A stretch of 19,323 bases of DNA, the filler included, from an uncultured Methanosarcinales archaeon (GTDB lineage Archaea > Nanobdellota > Nanobdellia > Woesearchaeales > CAYSVS01), in NCBI GenBank assembly GCA_964589485.1. It is 2 parts of 2 records of this genome, joined end to end, with 100 filler letters (N's around TTAATTAATTAA, not from the genome) between each part and the next. Parts side by side here need not be neighbours in the genome. Positions count along the whole stretch, not along the records: positions 9,911 to 19,323 come from CAZPRK010000022.1; 1 more part is not named here. The stretch is one strand, 5' to 3'. The notes beneath the pieces are model-generated. The model searched no databases. It was given only the letters and a program-made list of their open reading frames with translations, and was not told the DNA's origin. A program made the translations under genes and the position numbers. Below, in pieces: positions 15,610 to 19,323 of this stretch (position 1 is its first letter; every line of letters starts with the position of its first letter).

Positions 15610-17474
15610 TCTATCAGCTCAGTTGAAACTTTATTGGAATTTGCACTTAATTGAGTATAAAATTCAATGAATTGTTCTTCATCTAAATCTTCTACTGTTG
15701 CAATTGCATTGAATTTAATTGATTTAATATCTTCAATGTTATCTATTGTAAGTTTTCCTATGTAACCGCCTACAATTTCATCGTTATTCATTATATATAA
15801 TTTTACCGAATATTCATAGGTGTCATCAGCTAGGAAAATTAATGGAATTGGTTCTTCTGAAGGATAAAAACCGAAACTTGAATGATCTTTATGTTCAATG
15901 AAAATTGCCACTTGTTCATTTTCATCTAATTCACTTTCATAATCTGAATCTTGTTCTAAATTTTCAAGGAAATGTTTAATTACGGTATAATTATATATTT
16001 CTCTTATTGGGGTCATTTTAATTGTATTAATTTTATCTTGACTATTATCTATCATGGTTCTTTCAGTTTTATAATTTTTACCTTCAGTTTTATACAAACC
16101 ATTGTAACATAACGGAAGAGAAGCACGATATCCTGCAATATTACCTTCCATGTAATCTGTTACACCCACATTACCACATTTAAATTTAAAACAATCAAAT
16201 GAAATATTAATATCAGGAATGTCTTCATTTGTTACTTTATTAACAGTTCTTATTGTTAGATTTTTTTTACTTTCCTGTGCACAATATTCTAAACTTAATG
16301 GAGAAGTTTCAAAATCAAACCGTTTAGAGTATTCTGTAGTTTTATCTGGTTGATTATTTTTAATTATTACAGGGAATGCAAAATTAAACAAATATTCATC
16401 AGTTTTACGGTTTTCTTCATCTCTCACAGTAATCATTATAGGGAACTTTACATCATAAGTGAAATGATGTGTTTGTAAACAAAGCCAAGACATGTCAATT
16501 ATTCCATCTACATTTTGTCCTGTTTCTTGCCCTGAAGTTAAAAATAATCCATTATTAGGTCTTCCATAGAATTCATATCTCCATTTAGGATCATACTTGA
16601 AAGTTACATGCATGTCTGGATAATCTGTTTCGGATGCCCTAAATGCAAATCTATTTTTTACATATTCTTGGTTTTCTTCTCTATGTTTAGTTCCTTTTAC
16701 TTTTATTAACGGTACATTAACTTCTAATAATTTTTCTAGTTTATTTTTAACTTTATTAATTAACCATACTTTAGGACTACATGAAACATCAAAACTAGTT
16801 GTTGGAATTTCCGGATCAAGTGAAATTAAATCTAAAGTTAAATCTTCAAACCAATATTCTTTATTTTCTTGTTGCATGATTTGAGTTGCAAGTTCTAATA
16901 CTTTTTTTAATCTAACATCTCTTGTAATAGTAAATCTATTTATCTTAGTTAATTTATCTTCTTGCTTTACATTTAATAACCATTCAATGTCATAAAGTAC
17001 ATTACTATCTCCTAAATCAACAATAGTTTTAGGTAAATCTTCACTTGAAATGTTTAATTGTTTAAAATCAGTGAAATTTTTAACACAAGTAATTAATTGT
17101 TCATTCATACTATCTTGTAATTGTTCTTTGATAAAAGATTCAGTTGGAATTCTATCTTGATTTTCATACCACCAATATGGAACTTTTAAGTTAGGAAATA
17201 ATGGATTAGTGCTTATATGAGAGAAAGGATCATTTTCTATTTTTTTAGGGATTTTAATATAACCGCCATTATGACCTAATAAATTTAAATCTTTTTTTGC
17301 TATTTCACCAATACATCCTTCAACGAACTGGTATACTCCTGCTATTTCTTTAGGAATATCAGTTTTATCTACCTTAATTGTAGATTTCTGCATAAATAAA
17401 ACTAACGAAACTCCTAGTAAAAGCACTATTCCTATTATGATGAATAGTGTTATTTGACCTCTTTTTTTATTCAT
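15606..17474 (-). CDS. Large type IV pilin-like protein with class III signal peptide, 622 aa
   Basis: MNKKRG|QITLFIIIGIVLLLGVSLVLF, followed by VYQFVEGCI...LGHNGGY and several Cys. ATGA overlap with the giant gene. Confidence 0.85.
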   Translation of the reverse strand: MNKKRGQITLFIIIGIVLLLGVSLVLFMQKSTIKVDKTDIPKEIAGVYQFVEGCIGEIAKKDLNLLGHNGGYIKIPKKIENDPFSHISTNPLFPNLKVPYWWYENQDRIPTESFIKEQLQDSMNEQLITCVKNFTDFKQLNISSEDLPKTIVDLGDSNVLYDIEWLLNVKQEDKLTKINRFTITRDVRLKKVLELATQIMQQENKEYWFEDLTLDLISLDPEIPTTSFDVSCSPKVWLINKVKNKLEKLLEVNVPLIKVKGTKHREENQEYVKNRFAFRASETDYPDMHVTFKYDPKWRYEFYGRPNNGLFLTSGQETGQNVDGIIDMSWLCLQTHHFTYDVKFPIMITVRDEENRKTDEYLFNFAFPVIIKNNQPDKTTEYSKRFDFETSPLSLEYCAQESKKNLTIRTVNKVTNEDIPDINISFDCFKFKCGNVGVTDYMEGNIAGYRASLPLCYNGLYKTEGKNYKTERTMIDNSQDKINTIKMTPIREIYNYTVIKHFLENLEQDSDYESELDENEQVAIFIEHKDHSSFGFYPSEEPIPLIFLADDTYEYSVKLYIMNNDEIVGGYIGKLTIDNIEDIKSIKFNAIATVEDLDEEQFIEFYTQLSANSNKVSTELIE

Positions 17475-18195
17475 CTTCGATTTCTAATACTATAAATTTA
17501 TTATACGCGAAAAATGTAATTAATAATAATGTTGATAAAATGAATGCAATCCATTCATTAAATAAATTAAATATATTTGATACTTGACCAATGATTATTG
17601 TTAATATTCCTAACAATAAATGTGTAGTATAATACTTCAGTTTTAATCTTTTATATATCTTTTTAAAGTTATTTTTAATTAATGCAATGTAAAACAAACT
17701 TATTATGTTATTTAATATTAAAAATAAAGGAAGAATGATGAATAATAACGATGCACCGAATAGAATGTTTCTAAATATTAAACTGTTAATAGTAAGTATA
17801 TTAATTTCATTTTGAAAATATTGAATGAATAATCCAAAGTAATTTAATACTATAACTCCTAATATTGTAATAACTAAATTAATTCCGAAGAATTTTAAGA
17901 AAAACATTTTATTTGGTTTCTTGTGAAGTAACTTATGCCACAATATACCTTTAATTATACTCCAAGCTAAAATTATTAATATTAATAAGATAATTGAACC
18001 TATGATTATTTTAATGTTAAGAGCTTTAATTGCTTCAAAGTCTGATGCTTTAGCTTTAATTATTTCAGTAGTACTTTCAAAAAATTTTTGAAATAAAAAC
18101 CCAAGTAAATATAATATTGCGAAGAACGATAAATCTAACCCTATTACAAGTTTCCATTGTTTTTTGAATTTTTTAAACGCTTCCTTGATTACCAA
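17467..18195 (-). CDS. Integral membrane protein (about 6 TM), 242 aa
   Basis: Six hydrophobic stretches separated by Lys-rich loops. Overlaps both neighbours by 7-8 nt. Confidence 0.8.
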   Translation of the reverse strand: MVIKEAFKKFKKQWKLVIGLDLSFFAILYLLGFLFQKFFESTTEIIKAKASDFEAIKALNIKIIIGSIILLILIILAWSIIKGILWHKLLHKKPNKMFFLKFFGINLVITILGVIVLNYFGLFIQYFQNEINILTINSLIFRNILFGASLLFIILPLFLILNNIISLFYIALIKNNFKKIYKRLKLKYYTTHLLLGILTIIIGQVSNIFNLFNEWIAFILSTLLLITFFAYNKFIVLEIEDE

Positions 18196-19323
18196 TTTAA
18201 ATTTTCCCTCGTTCTTTCTATTGCAGGAATAGTTTTTCTAACTTCAACATCTTTTAATATTTCTTTATTTTCAGTGCTTATAATTTCATTGCAAAAAGTT
18301 CCACCTTGTCTTGCTCTGATTGTTATACAAATTTCATTAAATTCTTTTTGACTTTTTTTTAATATTGCATCTGTTCCTAGTCTTTTTAATTTATTTCCTT
18401 TTTCCATTTCAGTTGGATTTAATAACCTAATAGTTTGATTTCCTTTCAAGTTAATTTCTGCATTCATTCTTTGAGTTTGAGCATCTAAAACATAAGTTAT
18501 TTTATATAAAAATTGTTCTAAAATTGTATTGTCTTTCTCACAAAATCCAATACTGTTACATTGAGCATTATATTGTGTACAATTACTATTACTTTCGCAT
18601 GAAATTTTAAGTTTAGTTTTTTCTCCTTCAGCGTGTGCAGCGATAGGTGCAATTATCCTTCCATAATCTGTAAACGGCGTTATTAAAGTTCCTTGGCTTT
18701 GACTTCTTTTAATATGTTTATTACATACTAACGCGTCTTCTAAGTTTCCAGTAAATATTTGTCCTAATGCGTTATTATTGAAAAAGTTTTGTACACCCTC
18801 AAATGCTTTAACTTTAACATCAAAGAAATTTAATATACCTTTTGCTGACTGAACACTTTCTAATGCGTGATTCCAAGAACTTCCTAGGGAAGCGTATTTA
18901 CGTTTAGCTTTTGCTACCTTTTTTGCTTCATCACAAGGATCTTTACAAGTAATAGTTCCATCTGGTTGAACTATTGCTGTTTGTTCGTCTACTACAACTT
19001 TAGTTGGTTTAAATTTAATGTTGTATTCGGTGAAATCTTTTTTTGCTTTTCCATCTTTTATTACTGATTCTCTTCTTACATAATCTCCTTTATTGGTGTA
19101 GTATATTGAAGTTTGTGATTTTGTAGTTTTTACTTTATTTATATATTCGTAAGTGGCTGTTGTTGTACCTTCATTTTTTCCATTAAATTTTTCTTTATAT
19201 GTTTCTCTTGTAAAAGTTGATGGATCTTCTTTATCAGTAAATCTTGTTCTGGATTTTGCTTTTCCCTCATTCATTTCTATTACTTCTATATATTTATCTC
19301 CTGATTTAATTGCTAAACCATTT
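18189..19323 (-). CDS. C-terminal part of a large Cys-containing, probably extracellular protein; 5'-partial
   Basis: The frame is open upstream of the listed ATG 19274 to the window end (NGLAIKSGDKYIEVIE-MNEG). Contains Cys cluster CESNSNCTQYNAQCNSIGFC and C-terminal EICI...FCNEI. Confidence 0.8.
   Translation of the reverse strand, partial: NGLAIKSGDKYIEVIEMNEGKAKSRTRFTDKEDPSTFTRETYKEKFNGKNEGTTTATYEYINKVKTTKSQTSIYYTNKGDYVRRESVIKDGKAKKDFTEYNIKFKPTKVVVDEQTAIVQPDGTITCKDPCDEAKKVAKAKRKYASLGSSWNHALESVQSAKGILNFFDVKVKAFEGVQNFFNNNALGQIFTGNLEDALVCNKHIKRSQSQGTLITPFTDYGRIIAPIAAHAEGEKTKLKISCESNSNCTQYNAQCNSIGFCEKDNTILEQFLYKITYVLDAQTQRMNAEINLKGNQTIRLLNPTEMEKGNKLKRLGTDAILKKSQKEFNEICITIRARQGGTFCNEIISTENKEILKDVEVRKTIPAIERTRENLNW

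Noticed and set aside
31..18351. Short plus-strand ORFs (31, 2580, 3129, 3801, 4733, 7617, 10819, 12863, 13886, 15419, 18157)
   Set aside because: Antisense shadows of long minus-strand genes, with the F/L/S/I-rich composition expected from reverse-complemented K/E/N codons.

Overview
This is an AT-rich archaeal scaffold, most likely DPANN (Woesearchaeota/Pacearchaeota-like), judged from rpl35Ae, a stand-alone TctA, a KKRG|Q class III signal peptide and BRE/TATA promoters. An artificial assembly gap lies at 9811-9910. Left part: a minus-strand operon of an archaeal ATPase-wHTH, a multipass membrane/coiled-coil protein, a coiled-coil protein, and a large ORF missing from the supplied track (<1..1343). 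That ORF encodes a membrane protein with a predicted extracellular GH73 (glucosaminidase/FlgJ-like) peptidoglycan-hydrolase domain. The 340-bp region upstream holds four copies of a 16-bp palindrome, two similar TATA promoters and a terminator-like hairpin, suggesting a small RNA or attenuator. Middle part: rpl35Ae, a hypothetical gene, tctA, and a higher-GC islet (a wHTH gene and two ribbon-helix-helix genes) that seems to begin inside the 5' end of tctA. Right part: a translationally coupled surface-protein cluster of a partial Cys-rich protein, a membrane protein, a 622-aa pilin-like protein and a 1884-aa FN3/Ig/Cys-rich secreted protein. All calls come from manual translation and motif recognition; no searches were run.
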